DNA of 64,000 nucleotides from Camelus ferus (lineage: Eukaryota), in assembly GCF_009834535.1 (NCBI RefSeq), contig NC_045696.1, forward strand, positions 65,474,001 through 65,538,000. Direction: 5' to 3'. The notes under the pieces are model-generated. The model saw only the letters and a program-made list of their open reading frames with translations, had not been told where the DNA came from and searched no databases. The translations under genes were made by a program, and so were the position numbers. Position 1 is the first letter of the stretch, and each line of letters begins with the position of its first letter. This document shows positions 25,499 through 39,194 of this stretch, piece by piece.

Positions 25499-25870
25499 TG
25501 TATTATATGTGCTATAAAGATATATGTATGCATGTAGGTACTCATAAAATGAAAGGATTGGTGTAGGAATTTGACCTAATGCCATTGTGGGAGTTGGCTA
25601 AACAGTCAGTGTGAGATTGCTTTACACAGCCTGGATTCCACGGGGCAAGCAGCATGGAGGGGAAGATGGGTATGAAGTTGACGAGAACATGGACAAGTGG
25701 AACCCATGAGGAGAAAGGCAACCTCACATCAGTCTCTCACCACGTTTAAGCTCCAGCTTTGGTGCCTCAGTTATTCTGCAGGACATGATGATGCCCTTCA
25801 ACCTGGAGCTACAGATGCATCTGGCCTGGAAGTCCAAGAAGCCAAAGGATGACCCAGGTGAACTACACTA
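25499..25870 (-). mobile_element. Second MLT2-type LTR fragment
   Basis: attgtgggagttggctaaa matches 24237-24255; also shares ggaagatgg, aacccatgag and gtctctcaccac with the first LTR. Confidence 0.7.
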
Positions 25871-26930
25871 ACTAGGACCTAGGCATTGGAAGGAATCTAG
25901 AAAACATACTTACAGCTCACGTCAGTTGGTACAATACAAATCCATCATACATTCCAAGGCAGCCAAAAAAAAAAAATTCACTCTGGATTAGAATGTAAGA
26001 GATTTCTAATCTTTTAAAATTCATCCCTAGTGTTTTTTTTCCCTTCCAAAATTAGAGATGTACTTCCTATTTTAAAGGTGAAGAATGCTTTCCTAGAAGT
26101 CAAAGTTCTGCATTCCCAAATTAGTTTTATAACTTGGTAAGTTTATGATATTTAGTAATTTACTTATCAGATGTAAGGCTCTGCTCTCCCCACCCCCGTA
26201 ATCGGGACAAGTAAATCCAGCCTTTCTTCATTTACTGATTTGTTGATATAAGTAAATAAGATAATAGATGTCGATATATTCTCTAACTTACAAAGAGTAA
26301 TGTACACACAAGTAATAAAATTATTAAATCTGTTTTTATTTTTGTGAACAACAAAGACTGATGATGGCATCAAAACTATAGAGAATATAATTGATCTTCT
26401 GTGGCCTCAGCCCAGGTCCTTATGACATTTTTCCAGCATCTCAATGAGCTGCCTGATTTACTTGTGAGGCATTTTCTTTCCATGTGGCCAGCAGCAGGAA
26501 ATGAAATCCATTATAGCCCCATGTAGGTGCTTAATTTGTTTGAACTGTCATTTAGCTAGGCCTTCAGTATCTTCCTAATGATCTCCCTGGTGCAACGAAG
26601 CGCAGCTCTTGCATAGTACCTGTCACCAAAACAGCTGTTTTCAAAGATGCTATTAACTTTTATTTTATGGATTAGTATCCTTCCACACTTTAATGAAAAA
26701 TAACACAATATAGAAGAAAATCCTAAGAAAAAAATGTAAGCTGGTAAGCTCCTTCACATCGGTCTTGGCAATGATTTTTTGGATTTGACACCAAAATCAA
26801 AGGCACAAAAGCAAAAATGAACAAGAGGGACTACATCAAATTAAAAGGCTTCTGCAAAGCAAAGAAACTTCTCAGCAAAATGAAAAGGCAACCTATGAAG
26901 TGAGAGAAAATATTTGCAAATACCTGATAA

Positions 26931-27079
26931 GAGCACAGGGAACTGTATTCAATATCTTTAGTAACCTATAATGAAAAGGAATATGAAAACAAATGTATGT
27001 ATGTATATGTACGACTGAAACATTATGCTGTATACCAGAAATTGACACATTGTAAACTGACTATGCTTCAATTAAAAAA
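26931..27079 (+). mobile_element. Very short lineage-specific L1 3' tail nested in L1MA
   Basis: agcacagggaact...cttcaattaaaaaa, homologous to 997-1149 and to the reverse complement of 8524-8670. Confidence 0.85.
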
Positions 27080-28054
27080 GCATAGAAATCATAAAATGTT
27101 AAAATATATATATAAGGAGTTAATATCCAAAAATGTATAAAAATACACTCAACTAGATAGCAAAAAAAAAAAAAAGATTAAAAAAGTGGGCAGAGGAACC
27201 AAATAAACATTTTTCCAGAGAAGACATACAAATGGCCAACGAGCACATGAAAAGGTGACCAGCATCACTAATGATCAGGGAAATGCAAATCAAAACCACA
27301 GTGAGATATCACCTCACACCTGTTATCATCAGAAAAATAAATAAGCAAGTGTTGACCATGTTGTGGAGCAAAGGGGTCCCTTGTACATTGTTGGTGGGTA
27401 TGAAAATTGGTGCAGCCACTATGGAAAATAATATGAAAGTTCTTCAAGAAATTAAAAATAGAACTACCATATGATCCAGCAATCCCACTTCTGCACATAC
27501 ATCCAAAGGAAATTAAAACACGGTGTCACAGAGATATCTGCATTCCCATGTTCACTGCAGCATTATTTGCAAAAGTCAAAATATAGTAACAACTCCAAGT
27601 CTGTCAACACATGAATGGATAAAGATGTACATATATAAAATATTTAATATATAATATAACATATTTAAAATATAATACATAGATATTACGTATACATAAT
27701 GGAATATCATTCATTCACGAGAAAGAAGGGAATACTGACATTTGAGGAAACTGGATAGACCTTTAGGGTATTATACTAAATGAAATTAAGTCATATAGAA
27801 AAATACAAATACTGCACTGTGTCAATGGTAAGTGGAATCTGAAAAAAAAGTCAAACTCAGAAGCAGAGAACAGAAAAGTGAGTCCCCAGGGGCTGACAAG
27901 TGGGGGAAATCGGGATAGGTTGGTTAAAAAGTACACAATTGCAGCTATAAGATGAATAAGGCCTGAGGAGCTAATGTATAACATAGTACTATAATTGATA
28001 ACACTGTGTTGTATAATTGAAGTTTGCTAAGAGGATAGAACTTAAATGTTCTCA

Positions 28055-28056
<2 letters not shown>

Positions 28057-28109
<53 letters not shown>

Positions 28110-28130
28110 TTATACACACATACATATATA
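28057..28130. repeat. (TA)n microsatellite
   Basis: Seen directly. Confidence 0.97.
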
Positions 28131-30759
28131 TGTGACTGACGTGTTAATTGACTAGATGAGGGGAATTCTTTCACAAACTGAAAAAAAAAGCATGCACGCA
28201 CACAGACACATACACACAAGCACACACAACGTATATGGCACTAGGCCACACACTGGGTGAGGTTTAGGATGGGTGTGATTGTTGAAATGAGAATAAACAA
28301 AGAGGGAAAAATCATTTTTCTGCCTATAAAAAACTAAGACTAGTAAGGAAAAAAAGGCACAATGCCACATGTGAGATAAGAGAATTAAATTGCTATTGGA
28401 GTCAAATAATGGGGGTTTTGGTTCAAAGGCAGTTAGGACAAATGACATCATGAAGACAGACACGTTTGAACTGAATCTAGAAGAATGTTCAGAATTTCAT
28501 TCTGTAGAGATGGGACGTGTGTGTGTTGGAGATAAAATATAGGGCGAAGGCAAGAGAAAAGATTGTGTATGGAAGAAAAACCTGTCATTAGTGTAGTAAG
28601 TATGGACTAGGATAACGTTTTTAAGTACATGGTTTCTGTATGTCCCAGATAGCAGAGGACTGCAAATGCCCACCTACTCAGAATGAGCAAAAGTGAGTCA
28701 TGTGAACAGGGCCAGTGATACAATCAGAGTAGTGCTTAGAGGATTATGCCGTTAGCCATGGGATGAGAAACTAAAGTATGAGGAAGTACTTGGCTTGTAT
28801 CAGTGCCTATACAGGTGGAAAGGCTTCACTGAGGGTGGAGATTGTGTCCCAAAAATGGAGTAAGTGTGAGACGCAGGCAACAGAGAATAAAATTAAAAAC
28901 ATTGTGTTACATCAGATCTCTGTCCTTTATAAATCATTACTTGTTCCTGGCTGAAATGAGTTATATTTCCTTAGAAAAAAAAATTAAGGTGCCATAATTA
29001 TTCACGGCAGCAGCATCCTTTTGAAATACTACTGCTGAAAAATATTTAAAGCAACTATGAAAGGATTAGGATTCTGTAAATCCCCCTGGTCCTTATTCTC
29101 ATCATTTTAGCTCTAAAGGAGTTGCATTTGGAAGATCACTTCATGATACAGGGTAATAAGTGAATGCAGCTCTGCTCTGGGAATGGCTTCAGGTTATCCA
29201 CAGGTGATCTGGACCAGCAGCTCACCTCACTGGCTAACAGTAAACATTATAGGATATTTGCAAGTTGAATGATTCACAGTATCTCCTCCCCAAAAAACAG
29301 AATTAAACCACCATCCGGAACTGTGTTCACTGACATGCACCATCACCCATGTTTCTCTCCGTGACAGTAAATTAATACAGCACAAGAACTGGCCAGAGGC
29401 CAGCCTCCCATCTTACCATCATCACTTGCTTCTCCCATTTCATCTTTATCCTTATAATTTCCCAAATGTCTCATGCTGTTTTAATTACGCATGTTTCCAT
29501 ATTACACATGCCGCATATTTTTCCCTTTGCCTAGAGTCCTGTAACCCCCCACTCAATCTGTCCGAACAATTATTATTCTTCCTCAGGAACTCAGGGTAAA
29601 TACCACTTATTCTAGGACAACTTTTCTGACTCAATCAAAATCGTGTGAGAAATATTTAGTTATTTGTTCCCTTATCTGTTAAAAATGTACCATATGCATA
29701 CTTCCAGTGTTACATTTAATGTCCCATTGAACTGTCATTATCAATTCACAGATATTCCTCAGAAGTATATACTATTTAACATTCTGCATTTTATGCAATA
29801 ACCTATCTCTAGCTGTATTTTATTGTTTACCCTTGTTTATCCTTTACCTTATCTTTCTTACCTGCTTATAGCTCATACTGCTTTATAGTGTGTAAAGTTT
29901 TATAGGTCATGTTAAATCATTTTTGGTGCAAGAAGATATATATATATACACATATATGAATAAATGTGTGAATAAATAAGGAAATAATCTTTCCTACTGT
30001 TTTGTGCAATCTTTTAGGCAATCACTGTCTTTTGACTGGCCTTTGATGTCCCAGAGGTAGCAGAATAGATAGCGTATGGCAAGTGCTTGATCAAGTTTGG
30101 TTCAAAAATCAAACTACAACTTTTCTTTCAGAGCTACTTTTAGATACTTTGAAATAAATAAATTAACATTTACATCTTAAATTATAGATTTGTTGAATGA
30201 AAATATACATGCTTTTAAATGTGAATAAAATGTTACATAGACAAGTTTTTTCAAGTGTTCTCAGTGACATCAAACAGACCAACTTAAGGTATTCTGAGTA
30301 ACAAGTATATTGGAGATCCTAACATAGAGAAAAGTGTGAAAAATATGAGAGGTATTTTATGCTAATGTAAACTGATCACCTCCTGACTTAAAATCACTTT
30401 CCTGTGTCCTGTTGATCTTATGACTCCATTCCTTTACCATTAAGAGGGGAAAAAAAAAAACCTCATTAAAAAAAATACATACGTATTTGAAATAAATAGA
30501 ACACTAAAGTCAGGTAAACGGTGTTATTTGTTTGATATTTTGTTTTGTTTTTAATTGACTGCTTGGCTTAAGTACGTTATATTAATTTTTTTATAACTGC
30601 TTACTTGTGCAAATATATCTGATGGACTAGAGTGTATACCAATACAAATGTGCACTGGAACTTTAAGAAAGGTGGTAGATTGGATTCATTATGATGGTAT
30701 AATTACATCATGTATAGCATTAAATAAAATAATTATTCTTAAGGCACTCATATTTTATT

Positions 30760-31105
30760 AATTAACTCAACAAATAATTATTGAGAACCTGCTTTGGGCC
30801 AGGCCCCTGTCTTAGGCTCTGGGGATAGAGTCATGAACAAAAATAGGTGAAATTCCTGCCCTCATTAAACTCATATTCTAGTGAAGTAGATAATCTACAA
30901 ATAAATGAAAAATGCATTATAATAATGATATGGTGAAAAACAAAGCACTACAAGGAAATTACCAAGCTGCTTTAGATCAGTCAGCAAAAAAAAAAAAAAA
31001 AAAGAAAAAAGAAAAATCTCTCTAAAGAGGTAACAAAAGAACAGAGCAGAGGACCACCTAGGGGAAGAGCTCTCCTGGCAAAGGGAACAGCACATGCAAA
31101 GGTTT
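30760..31105 (-). mobile_element. L2a 3' end
   Basis: ctcaacaaataattattgagaacct...ctggggataga...cctgccctcat...ctggcaaagggaacagcacatgcaaagg. Confidence 0.85.
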
Positions 31106-32949
31106 TTATGTTCTTTTACTAAAGGTTCTCTACAAACTATCTCAACTCACGTAAGTGATAAAAACTGTCAAGAGTTGATGCACACAGACAGCATCCTCAG
31201 TTCTAGTCAGAATCTTAAAGATCTGAACATGGAAAAAGCCCTTGCTTTTTACTAGTTTTTGTTTGTTTTTTGTTTTTTTGCTATGTTTTTATTTTGTTTT
31301 ATTGTTGTTCTGAAAGTTCCCAATAAGATAACTGCTAAGACCAATAACTTTGTATTGTTAATAAGAGCTTTAAAAACAATAACTGCTTCCCTTTTGGCAT
31401 CTTGCTCACTTATGGTTAATTGCCATCATCTTGAACAATACAACAATCTAAAGTAAAAGCATAGATAAGATAAAATAACAAAATATAAAAGAATCAAATG
31501 CAATATGATGAGATAGTCAGTGTTCACCCTGAATGCTAGTTATTTGAAAGTCCTGACTGAACAAGTGTTTTCTGAAAAGAGAGGTGAAATAAGTTAGTGG
31601 AAGTCAGGCCACTAGCTGTATATCAGAATAAGCCTCTTGTCTGCCTCCAAACTCCAGTAAGCCTCATTTATAATTACTGATTTTAAAGGAGTCAGTGCTG
31701 AATAGGGTTTCATTATTTATGATGCTGATTATAAAGTTACAATAATAGAGATATTGAAAGTTTCTTCTTTGATGGAAAATATGCAGAATTGAAACAACAA
31801 AAATGGTCACAGTATTAGGACAAACTGGAAACACAATCATTTCAGAGATTGATGACGTGTCATGACAGGCTTGAAATATCTGTCTTATTCCTTTAAATTT
31901 ATATTTTAATCAACCACTTAGGCAAGTGACATATTAAAGTCTATTAACCTCAGTTATTTTGTCCTCTAAGTAACTTTGGATAGTGCAAGAACAACTTTAA
32001 AATTGAATGGATTTCTTTTCTGCATTATGAGATATGCTATTTGACCTTTTATGTTTTTCACAGAAATGCTTAGTTATTCTAAAAGTGGTTTGATATGCCA
32101 TTATATTGGTCATAAAATATTTCTTCCTGTAATGTCCCTTTTGCCCTTTCTTTCATCATTAGCATATATTTTATACTTTCAGCAATGTCCTGGGATCATT
32201 TCCATGAGAAGCACTCCTAGATCATTTGTGAAACTGAAATACTATACCCAGGACAAAATCATTGATACAGAAAACATTTAAACACTTGAAACATCTTTTT
32301 CTTGATCTTCCCTAGGTTTGAGATACAGATATAAATGATGGGGGAGATAAGGAGGGAAAGGTATGAGAGGCAGAGGGAAACCCTTGCTGAAGACCTATTG
32401 ACTACAGAGGATGGTGAGAAGAGAGACATGGTTCTGGCAGGCACAGCTCAGCTGTAGGACAGTAAGCAAGTCAGGGGCCAAAGAGGGCAAAGGACAGCAC
32501 AGTCAGCTGTGAACCTTCTGTGTCTCACCAACTTAATAATGGTTATGGCTTTACATTACCTTGAAAAATTATTTTAAATGTTTACGAGAGAGTGAGCAAC
32601 TATTTCCTACCTCCTCTGTAGCTACACTTGAAAATACTTCTGGAAGCAGGAGATCAAGTCACAGGCCTTGAAAGCTAACTATCAAATGTTTTGAGAGACA
32701 AGAAAATTAGCTGTATATCTAGTAGGAGGAACAAATGCTGAAGGTTTGAATTAAGGCAAAGACAAAGGAGAAGGAAAAAAGCAAGATCGAAAAATCCTGT
32801 GTACGTACAGACAAAAGCTTTAGAACAAGGATCAGAAACTCGAGGTTCAACTGGGTATAGTAAAGTCTTATCATTAGTTGATTGGCCAGCTGAACTGAAA
32901 AGTACATTCCTCATCAAAAGCTTCAGGTGATTGTTCAGTTCAGAGACAC

Positions 32950-35900
32950 GGAAGAAGTAAAACTGTCACTACCTGCAGATGACATGATACTATATGTACA
33001 TAGCCTTAACGTCTTCTTCCCCCCACAATATTAGAACTAATAGATGAATTCAGTGAAGTTGCAGGATATAAGATTAATATACAGAAATCTGTTGCTTTTC
33101 TGTACACTAATAATGAACTATCATAAAGAAAAATTAAGGAAATAATTTCATTTACAATCACATCAAAAAATAAAATGCCTAAGAATAACTTAAACTAAGG
33201 ATGTAAAAGGCTGATACTTGGAAAACTATATAGAATACTGATGAAGGAATTTGAAAATAATACATAGAAATGGAAAGATAACCCATGTTCTTGGATTGGG
33301 AGAATTAACATTGTTAAAATGTCCTTACTACCCAAAGCAATCTACAAATTTAATAAAATCTCTATTAAAATACCCATAACATTTTCCACAAAACTAGAAC
33401 AAATAATTCTAAGATTTATGTGGGACCACAAAAGACCTTAAATTGCCCAAGTAACCTTGAGAAAAAGAACAAAGCAGGAGGTATCATGCCTTCTGACCCC
33501 CGACTATACTACAAAGCTACAGTAATCAAAACAACATGGCACCACCACAAATACAGACACATAGATTAATGGAATAGAATAGAAAGCCCAGAAATAAACC
33601 CATGTACTTATGTTTAGTTTATGACAAAGGAGGCAAGAATATACAATGAAGAAAAGACAGTCTCTTCAATAAATGGTGCTGAGAAAATTGGACAGTCTCG
33701 TGCAAATGAATGAGATGAGAATATTTCCTCACACCATATACAAAAATAAACTCAAAATTGATTAAAGACCTAAATATAAGACCTGAAACCATAAAACTCC
33801 TAGAAGAGATCACAGGCAGAAAACTCTTTGATATAAATTGCAGCAATATATTTTTGGATCTATCTCTTAAAGCAAAAGATGTAAAAGCAAAAATAAACAA
33901 ATGGAACCTAATTAAACTTAAAAGCTTTTGCACAGCAAAGGAAATCATTAACAAAATGAAAAGACAAGCTACTAAATGGGAGAAAAAAATTGCAAATAAT
34001 ATGACTGATAAGTAGTTAATGACCAAAATATATAAACAGCTTATACAACACAATAACAAAAAAAGACCATTAAAAAATGGGTAGATAAAAAAATGGAAAG
34101 ACATCCCATGCTCCTGGATTGGAAGAATCAATATTGTTAAAATGGTCACACTGCCCAAGGCAATCTACAGATTTAATGCAATTCCTATCAAATTACCCAG
34201 GACATATTTCACAGAACTAGAACAAATCATAATAAAATTTCTATGGAACCACAAAAGACCTAGAATTCCCAAAGCATTACTGAAGAAAAAGAAAGAGGCT
34301 GGAGGAATAACTCTCCCAGACTTCAGACAATTCTATACAGCTACAGTCACCAAGAAAGCAAAGTATTGGTACAAAAACAGACATATAGACCAATGGAACA
34401 GAATAGAGAGCCCAGAAATGAACCCACAAACTTTTGGTCAACTAATCTTTGACAAAGGAGGCAAGAATATACAATGGAATAAAGACAGTCTCTTCAGCAA
34501 ACGGTGTTGGGAAAACTGGACAGCAGCATGTAAAGCAATGAACCTTGAACACTCCCTTGCACCATGCACAAAAATAAACTCAAAATGGATCAAAGACTTA
34601 AACATATGACAAGATAGAATAAACCTCCTAGAAGAAAATATAGGCAAAACATTATCTAACATACATCTCAAAAATGTTCTCCTAGGGCAGTCTACCTAAG
34701 CAATGGAAATAAAAGCAAGAGTAAACAAATGGGACCTAATTAAACTTACAAGCTTCTGCACAGCAAAGGAAACCACAAGTAAAACAAAATGACAACCTAT
34801 GGAATGGGAGAAAGTTTTTCCAAAAGATGAAACCGACAAAGGCTTGATCTCCAGAATATATAATTAGCACATACGACATAATAAGAAAGAAAAAACAACC
34901 CAATCCAAAAATAGGCAGAAGACCTAAACAAGCAATTCTCTAAGGAAGAAATACAAATGATCAATAGGCACATGAAAAAATGATCTATATCACTAATTAT
35001 CAGAGAAATGCAAATCAAAATTACAATGAGGTATCACCTCACACCAGTCAGAATGGCCATCATTCAAAAGTCCACAAATGACAAATGCTGGAGAGGCTGT
35101 GGAGAAAAGGGAACCCTCCTATACTGCTGGTGGGAATGCAGCCACTGTAAGAAACAGTATGGAGATTCCTCAAAAGACTAGGAATAGACTTACCATATGA
35201 CCCAGGAATCCCACTCCTGGGCATATATCCAGAAGGAACCCTACTTCAAAATGACACCTGCACACCAATGTTCATAGCAGCATTATTTACAATAGCCAAG
35301 ACATGGAAACAACCTAAATGTCATCAACAGATGACTGGATAAAGAAGATGTAGTATATTTATACAGTGGAATACTATTCAGCCATAAAAAATGACAACAC
35401 AATGCCATTTGCAGCAACATGTCCCTGGAGAATGTCATTCTAAGTGAAGTAAGCCAGAAAGAGAAAGAAACATACCATATGAGATCACTCATATGTGGAA
35501 TCAAAAAAAAAAAAAAGAGAACATAAATACAGAACAGAAACTGACTCATAACACAAACTCGTGGTTGCCAAGGGGGTGGGGAGTGAGAAGGGACAGACTG
35601 GGATTTCAAAATTTGTAGATACTGACAGGCATATGCAGAATAGATAAACAAGATTATACTGTGTAGCACAGGGAAATATATGCAAGATCTTGCGGTAGCT
35701 CACAGAGAAAAAAAATGTGACAATGAATATATGTATGTTCATGTATAACTGAAAAATTGTGCTCTGCACTGGAATTTGACACAACATTGTAAAATGACTA
35801 TAACTCAATAAAAAAATGTTAAAAAAAAAAAAGGGCAGAAGACCTAAGTAGACTTTTTTTTCAAAGAAGATATAAGATGGCAAACAGGCACATGAAAATA

Positions 35901-36288
35901 TGCTCAACATCACTCATCAACAGAGAAATGCAAATCAAAACCATAATGAGATATCACCTCACACCTGTCAAAATTGTTATTATCAAAAAGTCTACAGATA
36001 ACAAATGTTGGTGAAGATATGGAGAATAGAGAACCCAAGTATACTGTTGGTGAGATTTTTAACTGATGCAGCCACTATCGAAAACAGTATGGAGGTTCCC
36101 CAAAAAACTAAAAACAGAATTATCAACATGATCCAGCAGCTCCACTACTGGGTATACAGCAAAGAAAACAAAAACATTAATTTGAAAAGATACAAGCACC
36201 CCAATGTTCATAGTAGCATTATTTACGAGATCCAAGATATGGAAGCAACCTAAGTGCCCATTAACAGATGAATGGATAAAGATATGGG

Positions 36289-36333
<45 letters not shown>

Positions 36334-36785
36334 TGCATACGCATGCATGTAGTGGAATATTACTCAGTCACAACAAAGAATGAAATTCTGCCATTTACAA
36401 CAATGCAGATGGACATAGAGAACATTGTGTTTAGTGAAATAAGTTCAACAAAGAAAGACAAATACTCTGTTATCACTTATATACAGACTCTAAAAAATAA
36501 AACAAATATATGTAACCAAACAAAAATAGACTCACAGATACAAAGAACGAACTAGTGATGGGGAGAGAGAAGGGGGAGGGGGAGATGAGGGTATGGGATT
36601 AAGAGACACAAATTACTATGTATAACATAAATAAAAAACAAGACTATATTGTATAGTACGGGGAAATATACCCATTATTTTGTAATAATTTTAAATGGAG
36701 CATAATCTATAAAAATATTTTGAATCACTATGTTGTACATCTGAAACTAATATAATATTGTAAATCAACTATACTTCAATTTTTA
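32950..36785 (+). mobile_element. 5'-truncated L1 (RT domain to 3' UTR), split by a younger L1 at 34086-35832
   Basis: Starts at the EVKLSLPADDMILY motif; ORF 33758-34015 is ORF2; sequence resumes in register at 35833. Confidence 0.93.
34086..35832 (+). mobile_element. Younger lineage-specific L1, 5'-truncated (ORF2 C-terminal part, 3' UTR, poly(A)), non-functional
   Basis: ORF 34142-34609 ([16 protein letters not shown]...[17 protein letters not shown]) ends in a premature stop; aataaa plus poly(A); TSD aaaaaatgggtaga / aaaaaagggcaga. Confidence 0.95.
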
Positions 36786-37773
36786 AAATCGTACCTTTTT
36801 AATGTATAACTTTTTGTTTTTTACTGAAGTATCATTGCTGTACAATATCATATAAATTATAGGTGTACAATATAGTGATTCACAATTTTTTAAGGTTATA
36901 CTCCATGTATAGTTATCATAAAATATTGGCTATATTTCCTATGTTGTACAATATATCCTTGTAGTTTATTTAATGTATACATTTTTGATGAGTTTGGACA
37001 TATGCATGCATCTGTAATATCATCACCACAATCAGGGTAATAAACATATCCATCGTCTCCAAAAGATTTATGTCCCTTCCTACTGCTGCTGCTGCTTCTT
37101 CGCTGGTAAGGACACTTAACATAAGAGCTACCCTCTTAACAAGTTTCTAAGTGCACCACACTGTCTTGTTAGTTATAGCCACTATATTCTACAGCAAATA
37201 GCTTAAACTTTCATCTTGTATAACTGTAGCTTTATGCTCTTTGAACAACTCCCCATTTCTCTCTTCCTCTCTTCCATTGGCAACCACCATTCTACTCTCT
37301 GCTTCCATGAGTTTAACTATTTTAGATACCTCATATAGGTGGAATCATGCAGTGCATGTCCTTCTGTGACTGACATCCCCCTTAGCATAATTTCTTCCAT
37401 ATCTATTCATACTGCTGCAGATGTTGGGTTCCCTTCCCTTTTAAGGCTAAACAATATTCCACTGTATGTATATACCTCATTTTACCTATCCATCTGTTGA
37501 AAGACTTTTGTTTCCATATATAGACCTTAGCTGTTGTGAATAATGCCGCAATGAATATAGGATAGCAAGTGTTGGCAAAGACATAGAGAAATTGGAACAC
37601 TTGTAATTGCTGGAGGAATGTAAAATGGAGCAGCTACTATGGAAAAACACTATGGAGGTTCCTCAAAAAATTAAAAATAGAACTACTGTATGTTCCAGCA
37701 ATCCCACTCCTGCATATATAGCCAAAAGAACTGAAATCAGGATCTTGAAGGGATATCCGCACATCCATGTTCA
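36785..37773 (-). mobile_element. L1MA/L1MB-like element with 5' inversion (37561-37773 on +)
   Basis: Antisense 3' UTR up to 37560, then a sense-strand segment that ends where the antisense segment begins in the L1 consensus. Confidence 0.85.
36809..36968 (-). mobile_element. Short L1 3' tail nested in the preceding element
   Basis: Poly-T head; perfect TSD tttaatgtata at 36798-36808 and 36969-36979. Confidence 0.88.
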
Positions 37774-39194
37774 AGAATTCCCAATTTTTTTTTAATGTTG
37801 GCATTTAATTCAAATCAGTTTAATGTATTAGATAGCCAAAATAAAATGCACTTGATGATCACATATGATGATGTTTTTGACTTCTGAATTAGAGCCATAG
37901 TTTGAAAATATCAAACACTTCCTTGATTTGTGTAACTTTTCCATATGAGAGAATTGACAGCTTGTTAAAAATGGTACACAGCTACTCTAAATTAAAATGT
38001 ACATAGCTATATTTATTGTCCTGCACCTTTGAAAAATATTTAATAAATTAGGTTTAAAATTCTACCCGCATGTACGGTTAAGATTGCCTATCACAATTAT
38101 TTATTGAATACACTTTACTTTTTTAAAATGGTCTGATGGTAAGAGGTATGTGAGAAATCCTGTCCCAACCATGTGCGTAGGAAGAAAAAGTAGTTTACCT
38201 GTATATGCACACACAGGCATGCACACACACACACACACATGTGCAAGATAACTACAAAGGGCTAAACTGTATGAAACTAGTGATCTATGCAGTAAGAAGT
38301 TAGAACTGAGAACTATAGGTGAAAGATAACCATTAGGGAACTCTCACTTGAAATAGGTGGGACTCGAACTAAAGCATGAAAGATAGCTAGGATTTGGATA
38401 GGCAGGGAAGAGAGTGGAAGGACATTCTCAGGAAATCGAAGGAGAATAAGCTTAGACTATTTGGAGCCCAGACTGAGCAATTTGTTGGGAAGAAGAGGAA
38501 CTGTCAAGACGATTGTTTCTACCTTTGATCAGAGAGTGTAACAAATACACTGAAAAATAAGGAGGTATCAAAGGACTATTCATAATGGGTAAAGGGCTTC
38601 ATCCAATAAATGATATGGAGTTGGGAGTATAGAAATAATCCATTACAGATAAAATATAGCAGTGTCACAAAGGATGGACTAACTCTGAACAAAAGCTGGA
38701 GGCTAGGAGCAGTTAGGAGGCTCTTACAGCAATTTCAGTACAAAGTAAAGATAGTCCAAAATGAGACTAGAAAAAAATTGATGAAGCATAGCATTTTCAA
38801 AGAAACACTTCTGGCATTTAATTGCAGAAGTGCTGCAAAGGGTAAAGTAGAGAACACCATCAAAAGTTTATTCCAAGGGAAAAGAATAAAGAGGAGCCAA
38901 ATTGGGATAGGTGTTGGGACAGGGCAAATGAAAGGGTTAGGGGTGTTGGGTTTGAATCTTAATGTGGCAGATACAAAAATAGAATATAGAAGAGAATTTT
39001 AATGTGATAAATACATTTGGGAACTATGAACTTGAAACCATGAAAAGAGACATATTCCATGTGAAAATAAGTATGGTGTGGTTTATAGTATTTTTAAGGT
39101 TACAGATATTTGGAGAATGTAATGAACAGCATAAATTCATCTTCCCAAGTAAAAGAAATGCACATAATACTAAAATATACATAATTTTGCACAT

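Larger units (their letters stand above)
26705..28178 (+). mobile_element. L1MA-like ORF2 end and 3' UTR
   Basis: ORF 27271-27474 ([16 protein letters not shown]) is the ORF2 C-terminus; L1MA 3' UTR gtttgctaagag...aaatgttctcacc. Confidence 0.92.

Noticed and set aside
26495..26506. ETS-IRF composite-like GGAAATGAAA
   Set aside because: Single short A-rich motif with no supporting cluster
34142..34609. 155-aa ORF as a functional gene
   Set aside because: Fragment of a 5'-truncated L1 ORF2 with a premature stop
33619..35913. Long hydrophobic minus-strand ORFs (179, 128, 142 aa) resembling membrane proteins
   Set aside because: Antisense reading of A-rich L1 ORF2 and 3' UTR, a well-known artefact
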